Positions 50,767 to 64,000 of a DNA stretch of 64,000 bases are shown piece after piece. Source of the DNA: the human T2T-CHM13v2.0 reference genome, Homo sapiens; NCBI RefSeq assembly GCF_009914755.1, contig NC_060932.1, one strand, 5' to 3'. Each line of letters starts with the position of its first letter. Positions within the stretch are counted from its first letter, which is position 1. A program made the translations under genes and the position numbers. Below the pieces are notes generated by a model. The model ran no database searches and had not been told where the DNA came from. It saw nothing but the letters and a program-made list of their open reading frames with translations.

Positions 50767-53700
50767 TGAGAGGTGACAGCCTGCTGGCAGCCCTCACAGC
50801 CCTTGCTCCCTCTTGGTGCCTCCTCAGCCTCGGCGCCCATTCTGGCCATGTTTGAGGAGCCCTTCAGCCCACCGCTGCACTGTGGGAGCCCCTTTCTGGG
50901 CTGGCCAAGGCCAGAGCCAGCTCCCTCAGCTTGCAGGGAGGTGTGGAGGGAGAGGCATGGGCAGGAACTGGGGCTGCACACGGTGCTTGTGGGCCAGCTA
51001 GAGTTCTGGGTGGGCGTGGGCTTGGCAGCCCCGCACTCGGAGCAGCCGACCAGCCCCGCTGGCCGCGGGCTCTAACGGGCTTAGCACCCAGGCCAGCAGC
51101 TGCGGAGGGTGTGCCGGGTCTTCCACCTGTGCTGGCCCACCGGTGCTGCACTCAATTTCTCCCTGGGCCTTAGCTGCCTCCCTGTGGGGCAGGGATCGGG
51201 ATCTGCAGCCTGCCATGCCTGAGCCTCCCCCCATACCCACCGTGGGCTCCTGCGTGGCCGGCGCCTCCTTGATGAGCCCCGCTCCTTGCTCCACGCCGCC
51301 CAGTCCCATCGACCACCCAAGGGCTGAGGAGTGCGGGCGCACTGCCCAGGACTGGCAGGCAGCTCCACCTGCGGCCCCGGTGCAGGATTCACTGGGTGAA
51401 GCCATCTGGGCTCCTGAGTCTGGTGGGGACTTGGGGAATCTTTATGTCTAGCTAACGGATTGTAAATACACCAATCAGCACTCTTTATCTAGCTCAAGGT
51501 TTGTAAACACACCAATTAGCACCCTGTGTCTAGCTCAGGGTTTGTGAATGCACCAATCAGCACTCTGTGTCTAGCTCAGGGTTTGTAAATACACCAATGG
51601 ACACTCCATATCTAGCTAATCTGGTGGGGACTTGGAGAACCTTTATGTCTAGCTAAGGGATTCTGAATACACCAATCGGCACTCTGTATGTAGCTCCAGG
51701 TTTGTAAATACACCAGTGGACACTCTGTAGCTAGCTAATCTAGTGAGGGGGGCGGGGGTGGAGAACTTCTGTGTCTAGCTCAGGGATTGTAAATGCACCA
51801 ATCAGCACCCTGTCAAAACAGACCAATCGGCTCTCTGTAAAATGGACCAGTCAGCAGGATGTGGGTGGGGCCAGATTAGAGAATAAAAGCAGGCTGCCCG
51901 AGCCAGCAGTGGTAACCCACTCGGGTCCCCTTCTACACTGTGGAAGCTTTGTTCTTTTGCTTTTTGCAATAAATCTTGCTACTGCTCACTTTGGGTCCAC
52001 ACTGCCTTTATGAGCTGTGACACTTACCGTGAAGGTGTAACACTCACTCCTGAAGCCAGTGAGACCACGAACCCACCAGGAGGAAGGAACATCTCCAGAC
52101 ACGCCCACTTAAGAGCTGTAACACTCGCCGCGAAACTTTGCAGCTTCACTCCTGAAGCCAGCCAGACCACGAACCCACCGGGAGGAACGAACAACTCCAG
52201 ATGCGCCACCTTAAGAGCTGTAACACTCACCGCGAAGGTCTGCAGCTTCACTCCTGAGCCAGCAATGTGTCCGCAATTGGTGGGTTCTTGGTCTTACTGA
52301 CTTCAAGAATGAAGCCGCGGACCCTCACGGTGAGTGTTACAGCTCTTAAGGTGGTGCCTCTGGAGTTTTTGTTCCTTCTGATGTTCGGATGTGTTCGGAG
52401 TTTCTTCCTTCGGTGGGTTCGTGGTCTCGCTGGCTCAGGAGTGAAGCTGCAGACCTTCCCGGTGAGTGTTACAGCTCTTAAGGTGGCGCGTCTGGAGTTG
52501 TTCCTGGACTTGTTCTTCTGGTGGGCTCATGGTCTTGCTGGCTTCAGGAGTGAAGCTGTAGGCTTTCATGGTGAGTGTTAAAGCTCATAAAAGCAGTGTG
52601 GACCCAAAGAGTGAGCAGTAGCAAGATTTATTGCAAAGAGTGAAAGAACAAAGCTTCCACAGTGTGGAAGGGAGCCCTGAATGGGTTGCCACTGCTGGCT
52701 CAGGCAGCCTGCTTTTATTCTTATCTGGCCCCACCCACATCCTGCTGATTGGTAGAGCCCAGTGGTCTGTTTTGACAGGGCGCTGATTGGTGCGTTTATA
52801 ATCCCTGAGCTAGACACAAAGAGTCTCCTCCTCCCCAACAGATTAGCTAGATACAGAGTGTCCACACAAAGGTTCTCCAAGGCCCCACTAGAGTAGCTAG
52901 ATACAGAGTGTCGATTGGTGCATTCACAAACCCTGAGCTAGACACAGGGTGCTGATTGGTGTATTTACAATCCCTGAGCTAGACATAAAGGTTCTCCACG
53001 GCCGCACCAGACTCAGGAGGCCAGCTGGCTTCACCCGGTGGAACCCGCACTGCGGCTGCAGGTGGAGCTGCCTGCCAGTCCCACGCCTTGTGCTGGCACT
53101 CCTCAGCCCTTGGGTGGTCGATGGGACTGGGCATCGTGGAGCAGGGGGTGGTGCTCATTGGGGAGGCTCGGGCCGCACAGGAGCCCACGGAGGGGGTGGG
53201 AGGCTCAGGCATGGCGTGCTGCAGGTCCCCAGCCCTGCCCCGCCCTGCAGGAAGGCAGCTAAGGCCTGGGGAGAAATCGAGCGCAGCACCGGTGGGCTGG
53301 CACTGCTGGGGGACCCAGTACACCCTCCACAGCCGCTGGCCCGGGTGCTAAGCCCCTCATTGCCTGGGGCCGGCAGGGCGGTCCGGCTGCTCCCAGTGCG
53401 GGGCCCGCCAAGCCCACGCCCACACGGAACTCCAGCTGGCCCGCAAGCGCCCCATGCAGGCATGGTTCCTGCTTGCGCCTCTCCCTCCACACCTCCCTGC
53501 AAGCTGAGGGAGCCAGCTCTGGCCTTGGCCAGCCCAGAAAGGGGCTCCCATAGTGCAGCGGTGGGCTGAAGGGCTCCTCAAGTGCCTCCAAAGTGGGAGC
53601 CCAGGCAGAGGAGGCTCCCAGAGCTAGCGAGGGCTGTGAGGACTGCCAGCACGCTGTCACCTCTCAGCGAGACCACGAACCCACCAGAAGGAAGAAACTC

Positions 53701-53831
53701 CGAGCACATCCAAACATCAGAAGGAACAAACTCCGGACACGCTGCCTTTAAGAACCGTAACACTCACGGCAAGGGTTGGCAGCTTCAGTCTTGAAGTCAG
53801 TGAGACCAAGAACCCAACAATTCCGGACACG
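50767..53831 (+). mobile_element. ERV9 solo LTR12 (LTR12C-like), outer copy, split into 50767-52265 and 53667-53831
   Basis: Starts TGAGAGGTGACAGC and ends CAATTCCGGACAC(G); tandem CCAAT-containing U3 repeats; AATAAAA TATA-like box 51882-51888; AATAAA 51968-51973; 4-bp TSD CTAA at 50763-50766 and 53832-53835. Confidence 0.92.
52266..53666 (-). mobile_element. Second complete LTR12 (LTR12C-like) nested in reverse orientation
   Basis: + strand begins TGTGTCCGCAATTGG (reverse complement of the LTR12 3' end) and ends GCTGTCACCTCTCA (reverse complement of the 5' end); flanks GCAA (52262-52265) and GCGA (53667-53670) are a 4-bp TSD with one CpG transition. Confidence 0.92.
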
Positions 53832-54460
53832 CTAAGATGGCAGAAGGTATCACATGGCAGAAAGGCAAAGAGGAGAGGGAGGGGGGCAGAGAGAGGGGAA
53901 AAGGTGGGCAGAATTTGTTCTTTTATAAGGAATCCACCCCCATGATAAGGATATTATTCTATTCATTAGGACAGGGTCTCATGGCCTAATCGCCTCTTAA
54001 AGTTTTCGCCTCTTACTACTGTTACAAGGATAATTAATTAATTTTATTTTTTTATTAAAAAATTTTTTTAAAAATACAGACGGTGTCTCACTATGTTGCC
54101 CAGGCTGGTCTTGGGGACTCCTGAGCTCAAATGATCCTCCCGCTTTGGCCTCACAAAGTGCTAGGATTACAGGCATGAGCCTCTGTGCCAGCTGGTAATT
54201 AAATTTTAACATGAGTGTGGGAGGGAACAAACATTTAAATCATTGTAGGAAGGTTTCCAGCAAAATTCTCAGGCCTTATTATTTGTCATTAGAACCCCAA
54301 AACATACAGCTGAAAGAGGAAAAAACATTGGGAAAAGGAGATGCCATCTTTTTCTCAACTTCCCTTGCCCCACCTCGTAAGTGTAGCCTCTGTCTTTGAG
54401 TTCTGTTTATAAATCTGAGCCGTAAGGGTGTTTTTTCGTTTTGTTTGGTTTGGTTTTTGA

Positions 54461-54718
<258 letters not shown>

Positions 54719-54941
54719 TGAGTCATCTCGCCCAGCTTGATCTGTAAGGGTTTTCACTGGATAGTGAGGGTGAATTTTGGTGGAATATTATGGTAAAATA
54801 AAGGAAGAACTGATGACTCCAATGGGACATTTTGAATAATCATTGATGAAATTCTCACACACTTTGGTAAAGGGATTCACTTATATTTTGAACTCTTGAG
54901 CCGGAAGGAACTGGGCTCAAATCTAGGTGTTCTGCTTGTAA

Positions 54942-55181
<240 letters not shown>

Positions 55182-55755
55182 TGAACTCCTGAGCTAAGGC
55201 AGTGTGCCCGCCTTGGCCTCCCAAAGTGCTGGGATTATAGTCGTGAGCCACCATGCCAGCTGTGGTCACATTCTTAGACTTCCTTAGTTCCAGCTTCCTC
55301 ATGTCTAAAATACAGGAAAATAATACTGATCATGGCCGTTGAACAGATATTTGTCGAATGTTGATCATGCGTCAGATAATTAATGAAGTTCTGGGTACAC
55401 AAATGGCCCCTTCCCTTATGGACTGCTCAGTCCAGTAGAGAAAACAGACAAGTTAACACACCCTTACATTTTAAGAGCCTGGGTAATGCCCCCAGAGGGA
55501 TAGTTGGTCCCAGGGTATCCTGAAGGTCCGGTAGTTAATTCAGTCTTGGCAGCATGAAGCTGGCATGGAAAGTTTTCAAGAGGGAAGGACTTCTGAGATA
55601 ATGTCTGAAAGATAAGTAGATGGTAGCTAGAAGAATGTTGGGAGTAGGCAGGGGTCCTTGCAGAAAAAAACACCATTTATAGAAGATTGGAGGGCTGGGC
55701 GCAGTGGCTCACGCCTGTAATCCCCGCACTTTGGGAGGCCAAGGTGAGCAGATCA

Positions 55756-56032
<277 letters not shown>

Positions 56033-56309
56033 TCAGGGACTGGAGGTAGCTTTGTATGGTTGGAAAATGGAGTGCTGGGTTAGATGGATGAGAGAGGCTA
56101 AGAGGTCAACAGAAGCCAGACTGAGAAGGACTTCACTGGGTTGGTGTAAAAATTAAATGAGATATGTGGAATGTGTATAAATAATGGTTCCTTCTTGACT
56201 TAATCTTGTGCTATGAAGAAAGTATTCTGCAATAGGGAGCAGTTTTTAGTGAAGAATTCTTGTACAGAGATGTTTAGCTCCTTGAGGGACAAGGATTACA
56301 TGTTATTAA

Positions 56310-56627
<318 letters not shown>

Positions 56628-57544
56628 TAATATGGTGAACAAAGCCAGTTGCTGTGTTGCATTAAAGCCTGGTTCCAGGCTATTTTCAGTCTTTGGTGCC
56701 ATTTACATCTTACCCTTTTCAGGATTTGTCAGCGTGTGCTTATACTTGAGGTTTTGTAGTGGTGACGAGTGGATGTCTTGGGGGTAGGTAGGAGTTGATA
56801 ACAACTGAGTTTGCAGTAAATAAAATAGATAAAAGGCAATTATTTGTGAGAAAAAATAATTGGCAAAACCATTCTGCTGTCAGATTTGATAGAGCTTGGA
56901 CATGCAGTAGTCATGGCAAACATTTTCTAAGGGTGTGGCAGATGGGTGGGAGTAAGAGTTGGGTGATGAAAGGAGGAAGGGAAAGGGAAAGAGAAAGGTT
57001 CTTGCCTTTAGGTCCTCATGCTAAATGAGCTGCATGCATATGTAAGCCTACATGGGGTAGATTGCAGAAATGCCATAAAAAGCCTTGAAATATCAGATGT
57101 AAAGAAATTAATTCTGATCAAGGCATCAAGAAGAATGCAGAGAGTAGAATCTGGGCTTAAAGGAGGGACCAAGAACACACACAAATGACTTGGCATTGAG
57201 GGTGCTCACTGAGTGTTCTCCTCCGATTCATTCCCTCACTACATTCTTTCTGTGCCTATCCTTTCTAAGACTAAGCAGTAATCTGCACCGAGAAGTGGCT
57301 CCAAGAGAATGTCGTGCAGGGACAGCAGGATTTTGTTGATGATGCTTCTGTGCCTCGAAGGATAACATGGGCCAGAAGAAGCCTCAGCACATGAGTTGAA
57401 TGCAAATGTGCCAGGCCTTGAAACCTTAATTTCTTAGAAAATGAAGTTTAATCACCAAATATAGTCAGTTAGAAAAATATCATTCCCAAATCTGTAGTTG
57501 ATCTTGAATGCAATATTGGTCTAAATCCACTCAATCACTTTTTT

Positions 57545-58630
57545 TGTATTTTTTATTGCGATAAAATATACACAGTATTTACCGTTTTTACCATTTTATT
57601 TATTTATTTTTTGAGACAGGGTCTTGCTGTGTCACCCAGGCTGGAGTGCAGTAACCTCTACCTCCTGGGTTCAAACGATTCTCATGCCTCAGCTTCTGGA
57701 GTAGCTGAGATTACAGGTGTGCACCACCACACTCAGTAATTTTTGTATTTTAGTGGCGACAAGGTTTTGCCATGTTGGCCAGGCTGGTCTCGAACTCCTG
57801 ACCTCAAGTGATCTGCCTGCCTCGGTCTGCCAAAGTGCTGAGATTACAGGCATGCACCATCATGCCTGGCCTATTTTTACCATTTTAAAGTATACAATTC
57901 AGTGAAATTAATTACATTCATTATGCTATGCAACCACCATCATCTATTTGCAAAAATTTATTATACTGAACAGAAACTTTGTAAGCATTAAATAATAACT
58001 TCCTATTCTCACCCCATCCCCCCAGCCTCTGGTAACCTCTAATCTGCTTACTGTCTCTGTGAATTTGCCTATTCTAAGTAGCTCACAGAAGTGGAATCAT
58101 ACTATATTTGTCCTTTTGCGTCTGGCTTATTTTACTTAGCATAGTGTTCTCAAGGTTTCCGTGTTGATCATGTATCAGAACTTTACTCCTTTTCATAGAT
58201 GAATAGTATTCCATTGTATGGATATGTCACATTTTATCCATTCATCTGTTGATGAATACTTGGGTTGTTTCTATCTTGGCTATTGTGAATAATGCTGCTA
58301 TGGACTTGGTTGTACAAATTATCTGCTTGGACCTCTTCTTTCAAGTCCTTTAGGTATATACTTAGGAGCAGAAGTGCTAGAACATAGTCTATGTTTAGCT
58401 TTTTGAGGAACCACCAAACTTTCTCATAGCAGCTGCATGATTTTACACTCTCACCGGCAATGCACAAGGGTTTCATTTTTTCCTACTTCTTTGCAAACAT
58501 TTATTTTCCAACATTTTTTTTCCTTTTTTATTTGTTTTCTGTTAGTAACCCTCCTAATGGGTGTTTAGTGGTATCTCATTGTGGTTTTGATTTGCATTTT
58601 CCTAATGACTAGTAATGCTGAGCATCTTAG
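57545..58630 (-). mobile_element. L1MB-type 3' fragment (one Alu inside)
   Basis: Degenerate ORF2 C-terminus in the ORF track (KVWWFLKKLNI...LLLSIYLKDLK) and old L1 3' UTR motifs (ggtaacctctaatctgcttactgtctctgtgaatttgcctattcta). Confidence 0.75.
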
Positions 58631-59624
58631 GGCTTGGGATCTCACGTACATTTTCTCACTTGGTTTTCCAAATAACTATTAGCATCACCACTTTAGGGAT
58701 ATTGAAACGGATTGTAACTTGACCAAAATCTTACAAATCTAAGAGTTGGAGCCAAGGTGAAAATCCAGGACTTGTGACTCCAATATCCTTTCTACTACAC
58801 CTTGTTTTGTAAATTGTTACACATCTTATAACGTAAGGCAGTTTTAATGTTATTTTTACATGGCAAGGTAAAAATAACATTCTGGGGAAGCCCTTCTGTT
58901 TCAAGCCTGAATGATATTTCCGGCTCATGAAAAAGAGTAACCTTTTGGGGTGGGCATGGTGCCTCATACCTGTAATCTCAGTGCTTTGGGAGGCCAAGAT
59001 GTGAGGATTGCTTGAGCCCAGGAGTTTAAGACCAGCCTGGGAAACATAGCAAGACTCCTGTTTCTACAAAAAATTAAAAAATTAGCCTGGTGTTGTGGTG
59101 TGTGCCTGTAGTCTCAGCTACTTGGGAGGCTGAGGAGGGAGGATTGCTTGAGCCCAGGAGCTCGAGGTTACAGTGAGCTATGGTTGCCCCACTGGACTCC
59201 TGCCTGGGGGACAGAGACCTTACCTTAAAGACAAAAAACCATAAAACAACAGTAACCTTTCACCTGTTAAAAACAAACACTATTCCCCCCATACCACAAA
59301 TACTTCCACACTTAGTACATAAAGAAAACAGGTGACATCACTGAAATGCTTAACAACCACTTACTGATGAGGAAGGGCCAGGGACAATCTCTACTTCCAG
59401 TTCAGCAGCGGTAATTCCTGAGAGCAAAAAGGCAGAAGCCTGGGGAAAAAACAGAAAAAAAGAAAATTTTCCATATTTTTGGACCTGAATTTGATTTTCT
59501 TTCTCCTGGGATAAGCCTCACATTCCTAGAAAGCAAAGTTTCTATTTGTGCTGGGAAGGAAATACAAGCCACTCAAGCAATATCTTTTTTTCAAAGATTT
59601 TTTTTTTCCCAAAGGCTCAGCACA

Positions 59625-59637
59625 CGCCACCTGGTGG
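59625..59637 (-). promoter_or_regulatory. CTCF core motif CCACCAGGTGGCG
   Basis: Close match to the CTCF core consensus CCASYAGRKGGCR in non-Alu sequence. Confidence 0.55.
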
Positions 59638-59959
59638 AAAGAACGTTAAAGCACAAGGTTCCATTTCTCCACCCTTTAACTGGGCATTTACTGGGTCTTG
59701 AAGGACCCTAACGGAGCAGGAGTCAATATCTTCTCTCTGGAGACTATTTATCTGTTTTTTTTTTTTTTTTTTTTTTTTAAATTCTTGTTTACTTTCAAAT
59801 TTTACTTTCATGACCTTGGGTTTGGGGAGGCAAAGGTTTTCTGAGGATACAGAACTGATATTCCCTTGTCTCTCAAATGTAATTGGGATCAAAGTTCCAG
59901 ATCTGGTTCAGAGGCAGCAGAGTTCCAGCCTTGCTACTGGGAAGGGCTGGGGGTGTTTT

Positions 59960-60850
59960 GGGAGGTGACCATGACATACTCAGTTCTGGATGTCTTCAAC
60001 ATAGATCACTTTTAGGGACCCAGAGGCTTGGGGAGACCCAGACATCATGGAAGTTCAAAGTCCAGGGTGAAGTGGGAGTGGGGCCAGAGTGGCCACTGGA
60101 GGAACAGCTTTTGTGGCCACAGGGCACCCTCTCCACCATGCTTCCGGCTTCCCACTGGCTTTGGGGGACCCGGATCATGAGCAGTGCAAGGACAGGCAGA
60201 ACCAAGTCCATGTATGTTTGAGTCTTTCCACAAGGTTAGACTTTTACTGATGCTGTTTTAATCATAAAAGCCACAAGCTACACAGGCAATTCTCCTAAAT
60301 ACCACCTGCTCACTCAGTCAGAGCCATGGGCACACAGGTTCAAGCCACTCCACAAGTCAGTCAATATTGCAGACCATTCTTAACAGTATACTTAATCGAT
60401 ATGTAAACGTTATAGATTAAACATTACACATCAAACAAGATTTAACATCAAGAGAAAAGGGGATAGGAATAAGGGTTAATGAACCAGTCCAGGGAGAGCT
60501 ATGTGGACAAGGAAGATGTCCTGGGCTGATCCAGACAGTTGTCAATGTCTTGCAGGAAGAGTTTTTGATTTGAGCACAGCCTTGGGTGGCAGATGCCAGG
60601 TGTCGATCACAAGCACCAGCAAGACGGGGTCTCTCAAGATGGCTAGGGCTGGCTGGTGAAGTCCGGCTCATCTTATCACCCTTGAGTCCTCGGATGAGGG
60701 CTGATAATAAAGGGTCATATGCCCTTATCTAGTTGGGTGTTGTCTCCATTGATTAGGCAAACATCTGGTCCTGTTGGCATAATGCCTTTTGAAATGTAAA
60801 ATAAAGTATTTTTCTAAGATGAAGTCACTTATGTCAAGGGTGCCCTAGAC
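59960..60850 (-). mobile_element. Probable ERV1 LTR, family uncertain
   Basis: Reverse complement starts TGTCTAGGGCACCCTTGACATAAGTGACTTCATCTTAG, resembling MER4-group LTR 5' ends; left boundary approximate. Confidence 0.4.
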
Positions 60851-62738
60851 AACCTGGCAGATGCAGTTGGTTCCAAAGTTGGTATCCTGAGTCTGAACAC
60901 ACCACAGGCAGCACAAAGCCTTGTAACTGTCTCTTTTCCACTTGGCAGTCAGGTTTGGATCTGCATAATCTTCTTTCAGATAATACGCACACAGTTCTCT
61001 GCTGATGGCTTTCTGCTAATGAAACATCTCTAAGATGTAGCAGGATTTCCAATGAGGAATCCTGAAGGTGGGCCAGAGACACTCCCCTGGCCTCTTTTCT
61101 TCCTGAAGTTCTCTCTCAGCTTCATCTTCTGATCCAACTCATCCAATGTTGCCTCAATTGGCTACCAATTATCACAGGGCATTTTCTGACTTTTTTTTTC
61201 TTTTTCATTTGCCATGTGTAGGATGTTTGCATTGAGCTGAGTCTGGAGGGTTTGACATGGATAAGTCATTTTGAGGATCCTCTCTCCTTTGCTGTCTGTA
61301 TCTCTAAACCTCAGGGAGTTCCCATGGGCTATTTAAACAGTTTCCACTTGCTTGGGTCAGCCCAACCCACACCTTATCTCTCATGATTAACTCAAGGATT
61401 TTGGGCTTTGTTTACGTCTGCCAAATCCCCTTAAAGCCGCACCTCAACTAGGGTTTGATTGGACAACTGGGAGAAGGTGTGCTACAGACCATCCTGAGAA
61501 CAAGAGTCAGCGTGCCCAAATCATCACAAAGCTGCAATCGAATCAGTCACAATTCCAGGCTATAAATATGTTTATAAATTTAACTAAAGGACAGACCGAA
61601 AATGTTTTCACAAGATTGGTTCTTGATAGGTGAAGCACTTCTTTATACGGCAAGAGTGATGTCATCTTCTGCATAATGTATAGAAAATGAATTCAGCGTT
61701 TCCTCTAGCACAGGTGATCCTAGTGAGCTCTCCATGGTTGATGGTTTAGAAGAGTTCTGCTTGGGGCCAGGCGCGGTGGCTCACGCCTGTAATCCCAGCA
61801 TTTTGGGAGCCAAAGGTGGGTAGATCACTTGAGGTCAGGAGTTCGAGATCAGCCTTGCCAACATGGCTAAACCCCTTCTCTACTAGAAATACAAAAAAAT
61901 TAGCCGGGTGTGGTGGTGTGTGCCTGTAGTCCCAGCTACTTGGAAGGCTGAGGCAGGAGAATTGCTTTAATCTAGGAGGCGAAAGTTGCAGTGAGCTGAG
62001 ACATTGTGCCACTGCACTCCAGCCTGGGCGACAGAGTGAGACTCTGTCTCACAAAAAAAAAAAAAAAAAAAAAAAAGCTCTGCTTGGCTTCAGAGCCCTC
62101 ATTGGTAGAGCTCCTTCTCTAATTCCTCCACAGTTTTGACCTGGCAGGTGCTGTCTGTAGTGGAAGCTTCTGGCAACCTTCTCTCCTAGTTATGGAGAGG
62201 AGCCTATGTATGTGAGGGCCCTTTTGGTAGGCTCAAAATGGTCCTTCTAAAGATATTCATGGTGGAGTGTGGTGGCTCACAACTGTAATCCCTGTGCTTT
62301 GGGAGGCCGAGGCAGGAGAATTGCTCAAGCCCAGGAGTTGGAGATTACTCTGGGCAGCATAGCAAGGCCCCATCTCCACAAAAACAAAACAAAACACAAC
62401 ACAACAAAACAAAAACTGGCCAGGAGTGGTGGTGTGTGCCTATAATCCCAGTTACTTGGGAGGCTGAGGAGGGAGGATTGCTTGATCTCAGGAATTTGAG
62501 GATGCACTGAGCTATGACTACACCACTGCACTCCAGACAGAGCGAGACCCTTTGATTTTTTTAGTTTTTATATATTTTTTTTTATTAGAGACAGGGTCTC
62601 ACTGTGTTTCCCAGGTTGGTCTCAAACTACTTGGCTGGAGTGACCCTCCTGCCTCAGACTCCTGACTAGCTGGGACTACGGGTGTGCACTGCTGCACCTG
62701 GAAATCTCCTTGACTTCATTCAGTTCCAGTGCCCTTTA

Positions 62739-63174
<436 letters not shown>

Positions 63175-63896
63175 TTACTTACTCTATGATAATAGGTGAT
63201 TTTACGTAGAAAGATTTTTTTATTTTTTTTTGAGATGGAGTCTTGCTCTGTAGCCCAGACTGGAGTGCAGTAGCATGATCTTGGCTCACTGCAACCTCTG
63301 CCTCCTGGGTTCAAGTGATTCTTTTGCCTCAGCCTCCTGAGTAGCTGGGACTATAGGTGTGCGCCACCACACCCAGCTAATTTTTTTGTGTTTTTAGTAG
63401 AGATGGGGTTTCACCATGTTAGCCAGGCTGGTCTTGAACTCCTGGCCTCAAGTAATCCACCTGCCTCCACCTCCCAAAGTGCTGGGATTACAGGTGTGAG
63501 CCACTGTGCCCAGCCAATATTATTTTAGATTTATTTATCTTGAAAAATTGTATTATAAGCCAGGCATGGTGGCTCACACCTGTCATCCCAGCACTTTGAA
63601 AGGCCAAGGCGGGTGTATCACGTGAGATCAGGAGTTTGATACCAGCCTGGCCAACATGGTGAAACCCTGTCTCTACTAAATACAAAAATTAGCCTAGAGT
63701 GGTGGTGTGCGCCTGTAATCCCAGCTGCTTGGAGGCTGAGGCAGGAGAATTGCTTGAATCTGGGAGATGGAAGTTGCAGTGAGCCAAGATCACACCACTG
63801 TACCCAGCCTGGGCAACAAGAGCAAAACTCTGTCTCAAAAAAAAAAATTGTATTATAAAGTTTAATATAATCTTAACAATATATGTTCATTTATTC

Positions 63897-64000
63897 CAGG
63901 AGTCCCCAACCACCTGGCCACAGACCAGTACCAGTCCATGGCCAGTTAGAAACTGGGCTACACAGCAGGAGGTGAGCGGAGGGCAAGTGAGCATTACCAC
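63897..64000 (+). mobile_element. MER1B (hAT-Charlie) 5' end, running off the window
   Basis: CAGGAGTCCCCAACC...CACAGCAGGAGGTGAGCGG...GAGCATTACC matches the MER1 terminus. Confidence 0.8.

Noticed and set aside
51440-51830. Regularly spaced ~41-bp repeats resembling a CRISPR-like array
   Set aside because: These are the known tandem U3 enhancer repeats of LTR12; there are no unique spacers or cas genes and the context is eukaryotic.
52949-53569. 206-aa ORF and other overlapping ORFs in 50763-53794
   Set aside because: They lie in the GC-rich U3 of LTR12; no protein motif recognised and stops are scarce because of base composition.

Overview
Primate (human-like) genomic DNA, very rich in Alu and LTR elements. 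It contains one protein-coding gene, the atypical dual-specificity phosphatase DUSP26 (human 8p12), on the minus strand. The gene has three coding exons (16769-16549, 13001-12787, 11466-11267; 636 nt = 211 aa + stop; active-site loop HCAVGVSR), a CpG-island non-coding first exon near 18.9-19.2 kb and an AATAAA at 10599-10604. The ~45 kb upstream is almost entirely transposon-derived. The most unusual structure is a complete ERV9 LTR12 inserted in reverse orientation into the U5 of another LTR12 (50767-53831, both target-site duplications readable). This makes a ~3 kb near-palindrome with two convergent promoters, each of which runs into splice-donor motifs supplied by the other. Nearby are a solo HERV-H LTR7, a MER41B LTR with one intact GAS site, a short SVA2-type insertion inside an Alu and a strong CTCF motif. 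Repeat family names come from my recall of consensus sequences, not from a database search. Nearly all other ORFs in the track are Alu or simple-repeat artefacts.
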